Assembly (NCBI RefSeq): GCF_009914755.1
Contig: NC_060944.1
Length of the DNA stretch: 64,000 bases
Strand: one strand, 5' to 3'
Source: the human T2T-CHM13v2.0 reference genome, Homo sapiens
Under the pieces are notes generated by a model. That model ran no database searches, was not told the DNA's origin, and saw only the letters and a list, made by a program, of their open reading frames with translations. Shown here piece by piece: positions 45,215-58,970 of the stretch (position 1 is the first letter of the stretch; every line of letters starts with the position of its first letter). The translations under genes were made by a program, and so were the position numbers.

Positions 45215-45578
45215 CATGAGATCTAACAACATCCTGCCCAGATCCCTTTATGAAGCTGGTGTTCACCCAGCCATCATCTGCCATGAGAATGGGCTCACCA
45301 AGGGCTCAGACCTGTCCACTTCTTCAGAGCATTGCCCTCTGCTGAAGGGGAGCTTCCATTCCTGGAAGATTATACTCTTCCCTCCTCCAGGAGGAAGTCC
45401 ACAGCCAATGATGAGCTGCAACAGGGTACAGAAGGCCATCCCTCTTGCCGCCAAGTCTGGCACAAATCACATGAGTTCAAGCTAAATCAAGCTCCATCTG
45501 AAACCACAACTTTGTTTAACTCTTTTTTCTGCTCAGTCTTCTCTCACTCTCTTCATCCCTAAAACATCCCGTTATTAA
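45215..45578 (+). mobile_element. Possible LTR16-family ERVL LTR
   Basis: cccagatccc...cacagccaatga...agaaggccatccctcttgcc motifs. Confidence 0.4.
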
Positions 45579-46027
45579 AGTAGTTAGTGGTGCTTCTACG
45601 AAACTTAAGACAGAAACTTTACTAAATCATCATGTTCTGCAAATTGTTAGCACATTATTGATTGGAAACAGGAAGAATGGGAGTCATTAGCTAAGAAAAG
45701 TCCTAGCTCCAAAGTACAGATAAATGTTCTGAGTCTCCTAAAAGCCTGGGGAAAGCAAGGAATTTTTCACCATCAATTTGAGTTGATGAACTAGTCTTAC
45801 CACTGGAAATTAAGGAGGCGCCCATGTGATCAGTACTTGGCAGCACTAGGAGCTGGGAGTGATGAGTCCTCATGAATTCTCAAGACAAGGCTGGCTGCTG
45901 TCACCGTGCAGTTGCATTTCCCACCACCTTAATATATTATTACAGAGCAATAATCGAGCAGACCAATCACAAATAAGTACCAACAATGTGTTTTGCTCAA
46001 TGGAGGCACCCAGTCATCTCATTTAGC

Positions 46028-46222
46028 TAGGGTTGCCAGATAAAATAGAGGACACTTAGTTAAATATGAATTTTAGATAAGAAACAAAAATATTTTAGTA
46101 TAAGTATATCCTATGGAATGTTTGGAGCATACTTACAGTAAAAGAAAATTACCTGTTGTTTTTCTGAAATTCAAGTTTAACTGAGAGCTCTATATATTTA
46201 TGTGCTAAATCTGACAACCCTA
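46028..46222. mobile_element. MER53 palindromic hAT MITE
   Basis: TIRs tagggttgccagat / atctgacaacccta; ~195 bp; internal palindrome. Confidence 0.85.
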
Positions 46223-46364
46223 AATTCATCTTATAGCACATAATTGTCTGATTTTCAGAACCAATGTTCTTGATTTAAATGAACTTTCTTTTAAAGTTCT
46301 TAACAGAATTGAAGCTGCTCCCTCTAAGAAACATTAAGGCAATGTTATTGCTATTGTTTTGCAG

Positions 46365-46418
46365 CTGGATGAAATTGGCATTTATGACCAACACAAATGG
46401 TAAAATTCCAGTTAGGAG
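46365..46418 (+). CDS. PLCB4: PLCB4 coding exon (54 nt, phase 2-2): (H)WMKLAFMTNTNGKIPVR(S)
   Basis: ttttgcag|CTGGATG...AGGAG|gtaagt; phases match both neighbours. Confidence 0.96.
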
Positions 46419-47011
46419 GTAAGTAATCATTCCTATCTGCTGTCCGTGTCCCGGGTCAACGCTTGTCATCCCAAACCAAAGAGAGAACCCTTCACAAGTA
46501 TTTGTGTGTTAAATGCTTTAAAGATATTTCTGGAATCTTAGTTTCAATTGCTTTGACAAATGCTATATTCAGTTTGTAAAAATCATTTATGGAAGTAAAA
46601 CTGCATTTTTTTGGTCAAAATAGGTGGCAAAAGAGGTACTTTGACAATTTAAAGAACATCAGAAAATGTAGAACTATTTTTTAAAATCGGCAAATAAGTG
46701 GTTTTTAGGATTTATGTTTCTTTTGCTTATTTGCCATGAGAAACTGTTAGCTAAACTTAAAGAAGATTTTATTGTGCACCTACTGTGGAAGGGTGTGGAC
46801 CGTGTCTTGAGAAGTGTGATGCCTCTGAACAGAGCATTTTCATTCTGGGCTTTGCTGCTCCTCTGGTGCTCAGGGCAGATGGGGATACTTCTCTGGCTTC
46901 GTGCTGCCTACTCTCTACATGTACTGTAACTGACACCACACACTCTGTGGAGCTATCCTTTCCACCTTTGCCCTGATGCAGGTAACAATGACAAAGAATA
47001 AAAAGGCTTGA

Positions 47012-47321
47012 GGCAGGGCATGGTGGCTCATACCTGTAATCCCAGCACTTTGGGAGGCCGCAGCGGGTGGATCACAGGTCAGGAGATCAACACCATCCCT
47101 GCTAACACAGTGAAACTCCGTCTCTACTAAAAATACAAAAAGAAAAAAAAAATTAGCCGGGTGTGGTGGCAGGCACCTGTAGTCCCAGCTACTGGGAGGC
47201 TGAGGCAGGAGAATGGCATGGAACCTGGAGGCAGAGCTTGCAGTGAGTCGAGATGGCACCACTGCACTCCAGCCTGGGTGACAGAGTGAGACTCCATCTC
47301 AAAAAAAAAAAAAAAAAAAAA
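47012..47321 (+). mobile_element. AluY-like
   Basis: gaatggcatggaacc...gagcttgcagtgag; TSD aaaag(g/a)cttgag. Confidence 0.92.
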
Positions 47322-50300
47322 AGACTTGAGTGGAATCAAGAATAAAGAAAACATGGACAGGATACATCCTCCACATGTGTTCTTTAATACTTAAGTGGAC
47401 AGATTTCACCCTCTGAGGATTCCCCATGCATCCCTCTTTTCTGCTTCTCACTTCCTTCCAGGGGTTAGGGTTTACACATGGTCTCTGGGTACAGTTGGAA
47501 ACTCTTTCCACAGTAGTGATGGGAATTCTTTACCAAACTCTTCAGTACCTTTTTGGTTGGTGTTTGTTTTAAGCATTCATGGAAATTCCAGAAGCTGGGC
47601 TGGGCCCCAGGGCATCTGCTTTTCACATGAAGACAGGCATGTATCTGGATTCGTGAACCTAAGCCCACAACCAGAATCAAACATGGGTTCCCCAGATGCC
47701 AACTCTCTCTTCCAGGGTTCTCCAGACTCAGGTTCATGTTCACTTCTCTGGACACCACTTTAGCAAATACGCAAATCAACAAATAATAACAAACAAAACC
47801 CAGAACTACTGGGTGGAATCCTGTCTTAGAATTGATCTGTCTTTCAGAAATAACCAGGTCACCGAGTGCGTAGCATCTGTGTGGATGCATTGAGCAGTGG
47901 CATGTGCTGTGGCTCCTGGCATTTCTGACTCTCCTTTGCCTCCTTCCCTGCCCAGCTGCTTCATTCTGCTCTGCAGCTTCCATTCTGCATCCCTGTGAGA
48001 CTATCTCCATACTCCCTTGACATTACTCTTTTCATATTTAACAGAATTGTCCCAGAAGACCTCATTTTTCTCAATCTTGTATATTAAACAATCACGACCT
48101 AAAGTATCCATGTGACCACTTAAATATCGAGAAAATGTAAAGCACAGAAGTCATGAAGACCTTAGACAATTTTTTTTAAATTTAACTCTTTATTGAGGGC
48201 TTGTTGAGTCATGGACCTCATGCATTTGTTGTGGTCTTTCCAAATCTATCTGTAGGATTCTCTGCTTTTATTTAATAACTTGCTAGCAAGTCAACTTTTA
48301 GTCTGCTTTAGAAGATTGAAAAAAGCCCTGTTAGCAGCCTTGACTGATGGTTGTTGGCAGATACTTTATGCTTATCCTTATTTAAAATCCTTTGCTCAGT
48401 TGAGTAATAGCAGAACAATTATTTTAATGTATCCCAGTACCCTACAGCTATTGCATTTTTATTTAAAATCAGAGAGCACAAAGCAGTGTGAAGAATAGAA
48501 ATGTAGGTTGGATGTGTTTTTACATGCCTTACTATCCTGCTTTTTCTTCCAAGATGAGGTTCAGGAAATGGGCAAAGTAGAGACACATAGATTGTGATCA
48601 AAGCACTTCTAACCAGCAGTCTTGGTTTCATTTGTATGTATCCTATGAATCAAGTCATTGTCATACAAGCTTTGAAGTCGTTTCTGATTCCAGTGATTTT
48701 TATCTAACATGTTCACATACAAAATTATTACCACCTTTTTGTAGAAATAGCTTAGATATTTTGGCATCTTCTTTAGCTCTCTTTGACATGGACTCCATGG
48801 TGCTTGCCAGTATTAACAGGTGTTTGACACAAGACGGCTGTGATTTGGGGGCAGTTTGTTAGAGTTGATGGAGAATTGATACCATGCCAGAAAAAAAATC
48901 AGATAACTCTATTGGTGAATGAGCTGCCAAGAGTTAGTTGGAAATTGTTGTGTATGTTTTAATGGATATGAAGAGTAAACACTTTTAAAATGTTATTCAC
49001 TATCATTCTGAAGTTTCTAAAATGGAAACTATTAGTGTACTGTCCATAATATTAAAAGAGATCTGGCTTCATAGTGATTACATAGCTTGGGAATGGTTCC
49101 TGCTCTTTAGCATTAAACCAAAATTTAATATCCAGGAAGTTGCAGGAATAACACATGAAGAAAGTCTTACCTTTTGTCTCCCTCTTCTCTTGTCTTGCTG
49201 TTTACATAACCCATGCAGTCTGCCTTTCTCTCAAATTCACAAATTTACACTCAGTTTATCCTCCCACTCAGACCAAAGTTTTGGAAATAGCAATTCTCTT
49301 TTGCCACCTTCCCTCCTCTCTCGTAACCTGGAGTGAACACCAATGACTAGAAAATTGGGAAGTGAGTAGCCAGACAGTAGTTGTGGGCAGGGGCTGGAAG
49401 AGATCCCAAACAAAACGGCTGTGTTAAAGAAGGCTGAGAGCCGCAGGTGCCGTCTTGGAAGCATCCCTATATAATCAGCCCAACCATGTCCTGAAGGCCC
49501 AGCAGCCCACGAAGAAGGTATGATTCTGCTGGGGCAGTTGCCCCATCCTTCACTCAAGAGTTCTCTGTAACTTTCAGAACACGGTGTTAAAACCATCGTG
49601 TAGATTGCAGACCCTGTTTCAGCTAGCAAAGAGTGGGACTCCCTTAGTTTCTAGGATCGTTGCTGTTTTAGCCACTTGCGAAGTCCCCCGGAATAGAATT
49701 TAACCAGGACTCTAATAGGACTGGACACAACTCAGGGGTGTTTGCTTTTGTAGCATTTCTTTTGGGGAATGGGGGTGGTTTAGTTTGATTCAACAAAAAC
49801 TCATTGAGTACCAGTTAGCTATGAGGCACTAAGCTTATGTGAACATGGGGCTATATAGAGATTTGAGTAAATCACATTCCCTTTGTAAATGCTCTATGTT
49901 CCCATGAAACACAGCCACGATATTATCTCCCTTCTTGGCCCCCTCCATCTCCCTTCCCCTTGAGACATTCTTCTACTTTCTATTTGTTGGCACCTGGCCA
50001 AACCCTAGCCAAAAGATTCAATTTCTGTGTAGGAAACAGAAGCTATTGGTACCCAGGTTCTGTTTCACCAGAAAGGCTCAGTCTCCACACCCGCTGATTT
50101 CATGCCCACGTTGATCAGTTTTCATCTCGTTATGCCAGGCATGTCCAAACCTAACAGAGGCTTCAGTTAGCTGGGATACCCCTGAGATTGCTATGCAAAG
50201 ATTGTTCTCCTGAGAGCAAATGCCAGATCCTGCCAGAGTCTTACTAGCTAGGTTAACACAAACTTTTTATGAAATAATAGTCACCCTGAACAGCTACTTT

Positions 50301-51486
50301 CCCCTAAATTAAAAAGGCTACAAAATTTTTGTCTTACCCCAAATTTAATGTATAAAAATTACCTGAACTCTAGAGATGAAAAATGTAAACATAGCACCCT
50401 CTATACTAGGAATCTTAACCATTTATTGATGTCACACACATATTCTCTCCCATATTTGTAGATTTGTTAAAGAGAATTCACAGGCCTCCTTATATTTGAA
50501 TACAACTGTCTCAAGAACTCTTAAAAATGTACTTCTTGAAGTATTCTTGGACCTGGCATGAAACAATAAAGCTGTGAATGAACACATAATTCATTTACCT
50601 ACAGCTACTTCTTAGTCTATTTTGGGAAGTCCTACTCTGCCACTGAAGTGGTGCTTTCTCCCACTCAGGAAGAGGAACTGTCAGCACTCTCATTCAGAAC
50701 TTGCCTTCTACTTAGCACGGATGGCGGAAAGTACAAAAACGCTGGGCATGAGATGCTGTTAAAAATCCTTCTGTGCTCACAGGGGAGGCATTCCAAAGCC
50801 AGCCCTCATGGATAGAAGTAAAACTCCATCCTCAAGTCAAGCTGGACTTCTGAATGTCGAGTTAAAATGAAATTATCATGGTAACACATTACCTGGGCTT
50901 CCAATCAGGGAGCGATTGAAGGCTCCTTGGTGGCTAAGGTATGGCTCAGAGCCAAGTGTGGTGTTCCAGGGTACCAAGTCCTCTGCTCAATAGCTTTCAT
51001 TCTGAGTGGCACCAACACATTTATAATGGAGAGTCTCTCCTAACTTTTATCATCACCAGGAAGTGTGTTCATCAAGGTGTTATCTATTCTACTAGCCTTG
51101 ATGCTCACTGTTCTAGTTAAAAGGCTATCCAAAAATACTATGTCTTGGGGTACTACTGAGATTTGTTGAAACATTGGATAATTGTTCCCCTTCCCCCTCA
51201 CCCAACCCATCATGTTGACAGTAAAGTCCCTTATCCTTGAGGCAGCTGACATTTCAGAGGGGCTCAAGGGTGCTTAGCTTGAAAACAAGAACAAAATATG
51301 TCTGATCACGCCCGTGTCAACTGTGGTTAAGTGTGGGAACCAGGATAAGGACAACTGAAGGCATGGATTGAGTTGTAAGGGGCCGCCTCCTTTTCCCTAG
51401 GCCCAGTTATTGTCAACATGAGGGTTTGTTCTAGAGCTACTGTCTTATCTGCCACATTCCTTTTTCATAAGAAGGCAATTTGGTAG

Positions 51487-51913
<427 letters not shown>

Positions 51914-52043
51914 TCACTAGACTAACCAGCTCTGGGAACCAGAGGGACACTGGAGGAACTAGTTTGGGAAATGAAAAACATCTGCAATGAGAGGTAATTT
52001 TATTCTCCTCTTCCTTTTACCCTAGTCTCACTCTCCATAGTAG

Positions 52044-52226
<183 letters not shown>

Positions 52227-52339
52227 TAAAACCATTTTGTTTATTTATCTTCTCATATGTAATGAGCTAGATTATTTATATTAAACTGATCTAAATTAGA
52301 TTTGGAATTATATGTCAGTGACATATAGTACAGTTAATT

Positions 52340-52411
52340 TTCTTTTCTTTCTTCTTCCTCCCTCTCCCTTCCTCTCTCCCTCCCTCCTTTCCTTCCTCCC
52401 TTCCTTCCTTT
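52340..52411. repeat. (TTCC/CT)n low-complexity tract
   Basis: Pure pyrimidine run. Confidence 0.85.
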
Positions 52412-53191
52412 TGTTGCCTGGGCATTTTAACCTAAATCTCTAAAAATGTAAATAGTTTGCTTCAAATGATTTTTGTCACCTTTCTTAAGAAAAGGAAATG
52501 AAGGCCAGCTTGCTGTGTTACACAGTTTTTATTTTAGAGAAGCTCACCAACACTGCCTCAACCAGGCACAACATTAGCATGAATAATTAACTAATAAATT
52601 CAATTCTACAAGATGGCTATGCAATATTTTGTGAAGCATCTCTCCCCGCACCATTTGTATTCATGGCCCTTCAAATTTAAAATAATTGAAATTAATTTAT
52701 TGACTTGAAGAAAGATTGAAGCCTGGTACTATTTTAATAAGTCCTATTTGAAATATAAATTTCAGTTTGAAAAGTAAAATCTTACATGGTTACCCTAAGC
52801 CCGTTCACATGGTCTTGCAAAAATTCACAAAATAAGCATAATTAAACCTTGGGCTTGATTTATTCAGCATCCCTCAGGCAGGCACTTTTCTCCCTCAAGG
52901 TGAGTTGGAGGAAATATTTATATTCGTTCTTTGGGGTATTTCCCAGAGCAAGGCCAGCTGTAGCCAGGTGTTCGCACACACAGAATCTGGCAGCATGATA
53001 ACTAGAAACACTGATGTACACGCACTGTTTTTTAGTGAGATGGCCTGGCAGTGCCTGGAAGTTGGCCTCCTGGCTTCTGTCAGCAGGAATCAGAGATGAA
53101 GACCCTGAGTCCAAGTGGTCTTCACTGTGCTTCATGACCCTGTAGCTTCTCACCCTCCAAGGGAAAAACGGTTCTGTGATTCATAACATGA

Positions 53192-53308
<117 letters not shown>

Positions 53309-53950
53309 TAAGTTCCACTTATGAGGAAGTGCCATATAAATATTATCACTGTCCTTTTCGATTTTTTAAAACGTTTTTGTCCTATTTTAATAGAGTATGT
53401 TGGTAGCATCTAGGAATATCTAGTCAGGGTTACATTTTTAACCCCATACTTTATCAGTGTAAAAGTTCACTCTGAGTTTTTGAGAAACTTTTACGTATAT
53501 TAATTGCAGCACCTGGAACTTTTTTTTGCATTGGCTTTACTAACTACCTACAATTTTAACCTGCTCCTTTAGGTATTAACCCATTATGTGAACTAACTAG
53601 ATTCAATTTGGAATGTTAATATGTTTTTGAAAAGTTGATTCATTCCAATTATTTCAAATGGATGACTTACATGTTGTTTTTGAAATAATATCTTTTGAAA
53701 ACGGTAAAAAAAAAAAAAAATTGCAGACTTTTTCTGTGACCTAGTGGGAGTGTTTTCCTTCTGTTGTTGTTGTTGTTGTTGTTTTATTTTTCTCCCTTTA
53801 TGAACAGTCTCTGGCCATTTTAAGAATTCACCACTACTTCAGGGTTAGAAAATAAGTTTAGAATTATCATCAACAAATGTCAACATGTAAATCGTACATA
53901 CTGTAGCATCATATACAAAAACTTACTTTTTCTAATAAATTTCTTTTCAG

Positions 53951-54008
53951 CAATGGAGACAAAACTGATTATTTAACGGTAGACCAATTAGTGAGCTTTC
54001 TAAATGAA
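53951..54008 (+). CDS. PLCB4: PLCB4 coding exon (58 nt, phase 2-0): (I)NGDKTDYLTVDQLVSFLNE
   Basis: cttttcag|CAATGG...AATGAA|gtaagc. Confidence 0.97.
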
Positions 54009-55026
54009 GTAAGCTTTTTCATACATTAACTCCATAAAGTCTGTGTGCAGTGGCTTGCCTTCTCTGGTGTCCTCATTGCATGCCTGCATCATATGCCCTT
54101 ATTCGCTTTGCTTCTGACCTGCTGATCTTTCCATTATGGCTTTACCAGGTGCAAAAATCAGCTGCCGCCCTGTGTGTTCATGTGCTTTCTTCACATTGGC
54201 TTTGCACACCACTTTTTGTTGGTTTCTGGCTGTTACATGTAGCTCTGGTTCTGTGTGTATGTGTGAATTGTATAATATATTCATTTAAGTAAATGTGTCT
54301 GTGTTTTTGCAAGATGATATTTAAGGTACTTTTTTTCTATTGATCTCATTAAATAGAAAGAGAATGGATTGAGTTTACTACACTGTAGTTGGATTCTCCA
54401 TTGCTAACTTTATCTCATACCTTTGCATGGACTGGAAAGCTTTATTTTTGTCTTTTAATGGATTGCATGTAAGAAAAATATGTTGGCTCAAATAGAATAT
54501 TTTGACAACAAGCAAAACACTTGAGTTCCTGGGTGAAAATACATTGAGTTTTAGGCTAATAGGATTGCAGGTTAAATTTGTACTTTTTCTTTTTATAACA
54601 AGCTCAGAGCTAATTTTAGAATGTGATTAACTTAACAACCAAAACTGATAGATAGAATTGCTTAAGCACAAGAGAAAAATATTTTCGAACAAAAAAAGTT
54701 TGCAACTTTTATTACAACTAAAATGAACTACTTTTTTCTTCACACATACAAAAAAAGTTTTCCCTTCAGTGAAACCCATCAAGACTCTTGTTAATCCAAA
54801 ATGGAAAATTCACTTTTTTTTCTAACACATTAATAAGAGTTTGAGTGAAGGATGGACAGTATGCTTTTGTTTCAAAATAATTTAAGTTAATCATTATACC
54901 ATATAAAGAGAAAATGCAAGAAAAGATGGTATCATGCCAGATAAAACGTATTATCTTAAGAAAAGATAAAAAGGCAGACCTTAATTTGCCACTTCATAGA
55001 GACAAATTACATCTTCTTTTCTTCCG

Positions 55027-55222
55027 TTGTGAAGGTTCAGTGGCTTCAAATTTATAAAGGTCGCACTTTAGAAACTATGTTAACTAAAGTGTAAATGCAC
55101 TGATGCAAGAAAGAGAAAATCCTACCCCACATATCAGACAGATGCCTCTAAAATAATCCTTCGTGTACAATACAATGTTTATTTTACTCGAAAACATTTC
55201 AAATTTTTCCACTCCACTGGTT
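55027..55222. repeat. Source of direct duplication with 56366-56566
   Basis: ttgtgaaggttca...ccactccactggtt, roughly 90% identical by eye. Confidence 0.93.
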
Positions 55223-56309
55223 TTTAGTCATATAAATACAATGTTCATAATCTTTACCCAGATACTATCCACGTTCTTATGCCACAGCTGCTCAGAAGTT
55301 AAATTGCTTTGTTTTGTTTCTTTAACCCCTTCCCCTTCTTCTGCCTTTTGTTTTTTGGTTTCTTGTTTTGTTTTGTTTTATATCCCTTGGCTTCTTCATG
55401 CACTTTGGTTCAGTGATCATCTTAGGTTTGGTGAGGTGAAGAGGGAAGACGGTTTAGTGTAAAGGAGAAAATCTACCACATCTTCAGTTTGCCACTTCCA
55501 AGACAAGGCCTCTTGTGTTCTTTGGGATGAAGCCCTCTCTTAAACATTACAGAGACCTTAATACTGCATTTCACTGTTAAAGAATGAAGCAACTCTTAGG
55601 TCTTGAGGATAAGTGCAGTATTTATAGGCTCTTATCTAATGCATTTCCTTTTATGGGTTGTTTTTGTTGGTGCTCCCAACAGTCACTCCTGTAATTCTTA
55701 GACATAACATTTAATTTTTTAAAAATATCATCATCCATACTTTCTTGTTCTGCCATTCAGATTCTTTCTTTAAGTATTTATTATTTGTCAACCTTTTATC
55801 CCTCACAATTACAGTAGACAATAGTATTCTTTTTTTTAATAGTGTTTCCTTCTATTTGATGTCTTCTTAACATTAAGGAAGTACCTTAAATTTTGGGGTG
55901 TGACTGATGGAATCGGTGTGATTCTAGATTTCTTTAGGTCATAGGAACTGTAAGACTACTCAGGAAAGTCTATAGCCTTTATTTTTAATCCAAGTGTCTG
56001 CCCTGAATTTATTCCTTTTCTATCCTAGTGAACTCAACTGGAAGAACTAGACAAAAACATGAATGTCGGCTTGAAGAAGCCTTGTCAAACATAGAGAACA
56101 TTCTGCCTGTTCCTTGCACTCCCTCTTTTGAGTCCTACCCTGGCCCCTCTTATCTCTCCAAAATCAAAAACACCCCTTGGGCAGAACAACTTCAATACTC
56201 ATAACAAAAGGAGACAGACAGAGCTCACTCAAGAAAGAATGGGCATTGGAATGTAAGGGTCAATTACTCCAAGAGTTTAAACCTAAACATTTTCAAAATG
56301 CCTTAGCCA

Positions 56310-56820
56310 CATAGTCTCAACAAGCCAGTATTCAACACTGCATTGGAAGCCCCTGTGAAGGTTCCTTGTGAAGGTTCAATGGCTTCAAATTTATAAAGCT
56401 TGCACTTTAGAAACTCTGTTAACTGAAGTGTAAATGCACTGATGCAAGAAAGAGCAAGTACTACCCCACATATCAGACAGATGCCTCTACTTTTAAATAA
56501 TCCTTTGAGTATGATACGATGTTTATTTTACTTGAAAATATTTCAAGTTTTTCCACTCCACTGGTTCATATAATGAGACAAAAAAATAAACAAGTCCCAT
56601 GAACACTGGAAAGGACAAGGTCCTAGTCTCATTTGCAGATGTTGATTGTCTACTCTGATATAAACAATTCCACGGAAAAACTGTTTGAAGTAATTAGAGA
56701 GTTCAGCAAGGTAACCAGAGAAACAATGAGCAAAGCAAAAACCTGGAGACACACATACACTGCCATTAACCAGGTAGAATAGATAGTAGGAAAACATAAA
56801 TCCCATTTATATTAGCAAAA
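56310..56820 (+). mobile_element. Old L1M ORF2 (RT region) fragment interrupted by the duplication
   Basis: tattcaacactgcattggaag | ... | tcatttgcagatgttgattgtcta...gagagttcagcaaggt (LFADD-region remnant). Confidence 0.65.
56366..56566. repeat. Inserted direct copy of 55027-55222
   Basis: Same sequence, interrupting an old L1 ORF2 fragment. Confidence 0.93.
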
Positions 56821-57067
56821 GACATGCTGGTTCCTACCACCTTCCAGCTGGTTAATCCTTTCACTCTTTCTATGAAAGTTTTTATTCATATACTAATGTG
56901 TATCTTCAGGGGGCTGCAAGGAGAGGAGAGACTATATATATAGTCCATTTACTGCTTTGGTCACCCTGTAGGGTGACCTCCTCCCTATCCATGCAATCAA
57001 CACTGACTAGATTTTCAGTAGTAGCTTTAGACCTGACTCCTCATTGGCTTCTCAGTATTTCCTTGTT

Positions 57068-57232
57068 CGTTGCTCCCCAAAGTGTGATCCATGGACCAGC
57101 AGCATCGGCACCCCTTGGGAGCTTATTAGAAATGCTCAGTCTTGGGTCCCACCCAGACCTGCTGAGTCAGAGTCTGAATTTAACAAGATCTCCAGGTGAT
57201 TTATCTGCACATTCAAGTTTGTAAAGCACCAT
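57068..57232. mobile_element. MER5A
   Basis: caaagtgtgatccatggaccagcagcatcggcacc...gggagcttattagaaatgc. Confidence 0.82.
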
Positions 57233-58782
57233 CCTAGTGGATTACTGGATTCCTCCTTGGAATGTTTAGTGTGAGTGGGAAGAATATGAGAGCGACATAT
57301 ACCTTCTGTTATTCTCCATTAAGAATTTAGCCATAGGAATCCACCACTCAGAGCTAAAATTTTGCCACATCTATGTCTCTTAGTCTCATCCAATGGACTG
57401 AGGGAAATCTTCTTTGCCTATAATATGAAAATAGCAAACTAGAGTCCAGGAGGGATAGCAGAGGCACTTAATGTGAGCTGCCACGTGGTGAGACACTACT
57501 ACTGGCTCAATTGCTTGTATGTGGCAAGACTAGATAAAACCTCTTGGCTTTGGTTAGTTTTACCTCCCTTTCCCTATTCCTAATGAGAAGCAAAATTGAT
57601 TTTTAGTTTTACCTTCATTCTTTGTTTGACTTCTTACAAAGATGATAACTAGGGTCCTGCAGAATTGGGAGATGGGTGGAGGGCAGGAGAGAGGGATAAA
57701 AACAAGGAAGAGAGGGAAAAGGCCTTAGGTGGCCACAGGAATCAAGGAGTAGCTTTACTTTCTTGTTGCTGGTAATCTTCCCCCTTCCTCACACATATCA
57801 TAGGATCACATCAGGGCTCAACCTGACTTTTTTCTTTTTGCAGATGAAAGAATATTTTAAAAGGACCCATGATCTCTTTCCTTTTACAAGATCTTTATGC
57901 TTTAAATGCACAGGCAAAGAGAGAGAAGGAGGGTATTTAGTCTTATGAGTAAGCTTATCCTTGCCAATTATTCCTTCTATATTTTTAAAATATTATTTAT
58001 GTCAACATTCATCTCTCCCAGTGCTACTTGGATTGAAGCCAGACGATGCCTCTTCTCAGCACCAGTAAGGACGTAATACTGGAGTTCTCTTCATCTCCTC
58101 CTTACTTACTTGGACACAGTTCTGTGACCTATTTTTGGAAGTCATTTAGAATCTCATTTTACAAAGCACTGGATACCATGGGGTGAATAACCTGAGTAAC
58201 TTGTTTCCCCAAATCCTGGCTGAAAACTGATGGTTCCTCAGAGATGTGAAACATTCACCTCACTGTGCTTGTGTCTCTGTGGAACTCTACTGCAGCCTTA
58301 TTACTGTGAGATCAGCTGGAAGTGATCCTTCTCCTCTTGTTTTTCCATATGAAAATGATAGTTTTCTGACTCTAATGCAAATCTTATATTTGTTTCCTTG
58401 CCTTTGGATTACCCAGATTGATTTGTGTTACCTTTTTGAAGCATGAAGATTTTAGGGAGAGCTGAAGATTGTTATCTAGTGGGAGCAGAAGCAAAAACAA
58501 ATGCAATTTCGCATTGTCTGCACTTCATGCTTATTTGCTGCGAATGTAATTTTCAGAATAGGGGATTATGATACATCCATTTTAGGGCTTGGTTTTCCTG
58601 GCTTTGTTTTGCCATAGGCAGGATGGTCTAATGAATGTCATACCCTCTGACTAAATTTTAATAGTGTTTAATTGGGAGGACATCTGAAACACTGAACATG
58701 CTTCTATCCTTGTGAGACTTAGGTACTTTTCTTTTTACTGATGTGCAAATATGTTAAAATGCATACCTTTATATGTTAGGTA

Positions 58783-58970
58783 AAGTGATTCTTATACTTG
58801 AGCACATCAGAATTACTCAGAAGTCTTATGAAAAACACAGATTAATAGGTTCCACCCCAGAGATCAGCAGATTCAGTAGATCTAGGGAGGGACCTGAGAA
58901 GCTGCATTTCTAGCAAGTTGACAGGTGTTGGTGAGGCTGATGCTGCCATCCACAGATCACACTTCAGGTA
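58783..58970. mobile_element. MER5A/B
   Basis: cttgagcacatcagaattac...gattcagtagatctag...tgcatttctagcaag. Confidence 0.72.

Noticed and set aside
47465-48010. Longest ORF in the track (181 aa, minus strand)
   Set aside because: No recognisable domain, antisense intronic, ordinary composition; consistent with chance.
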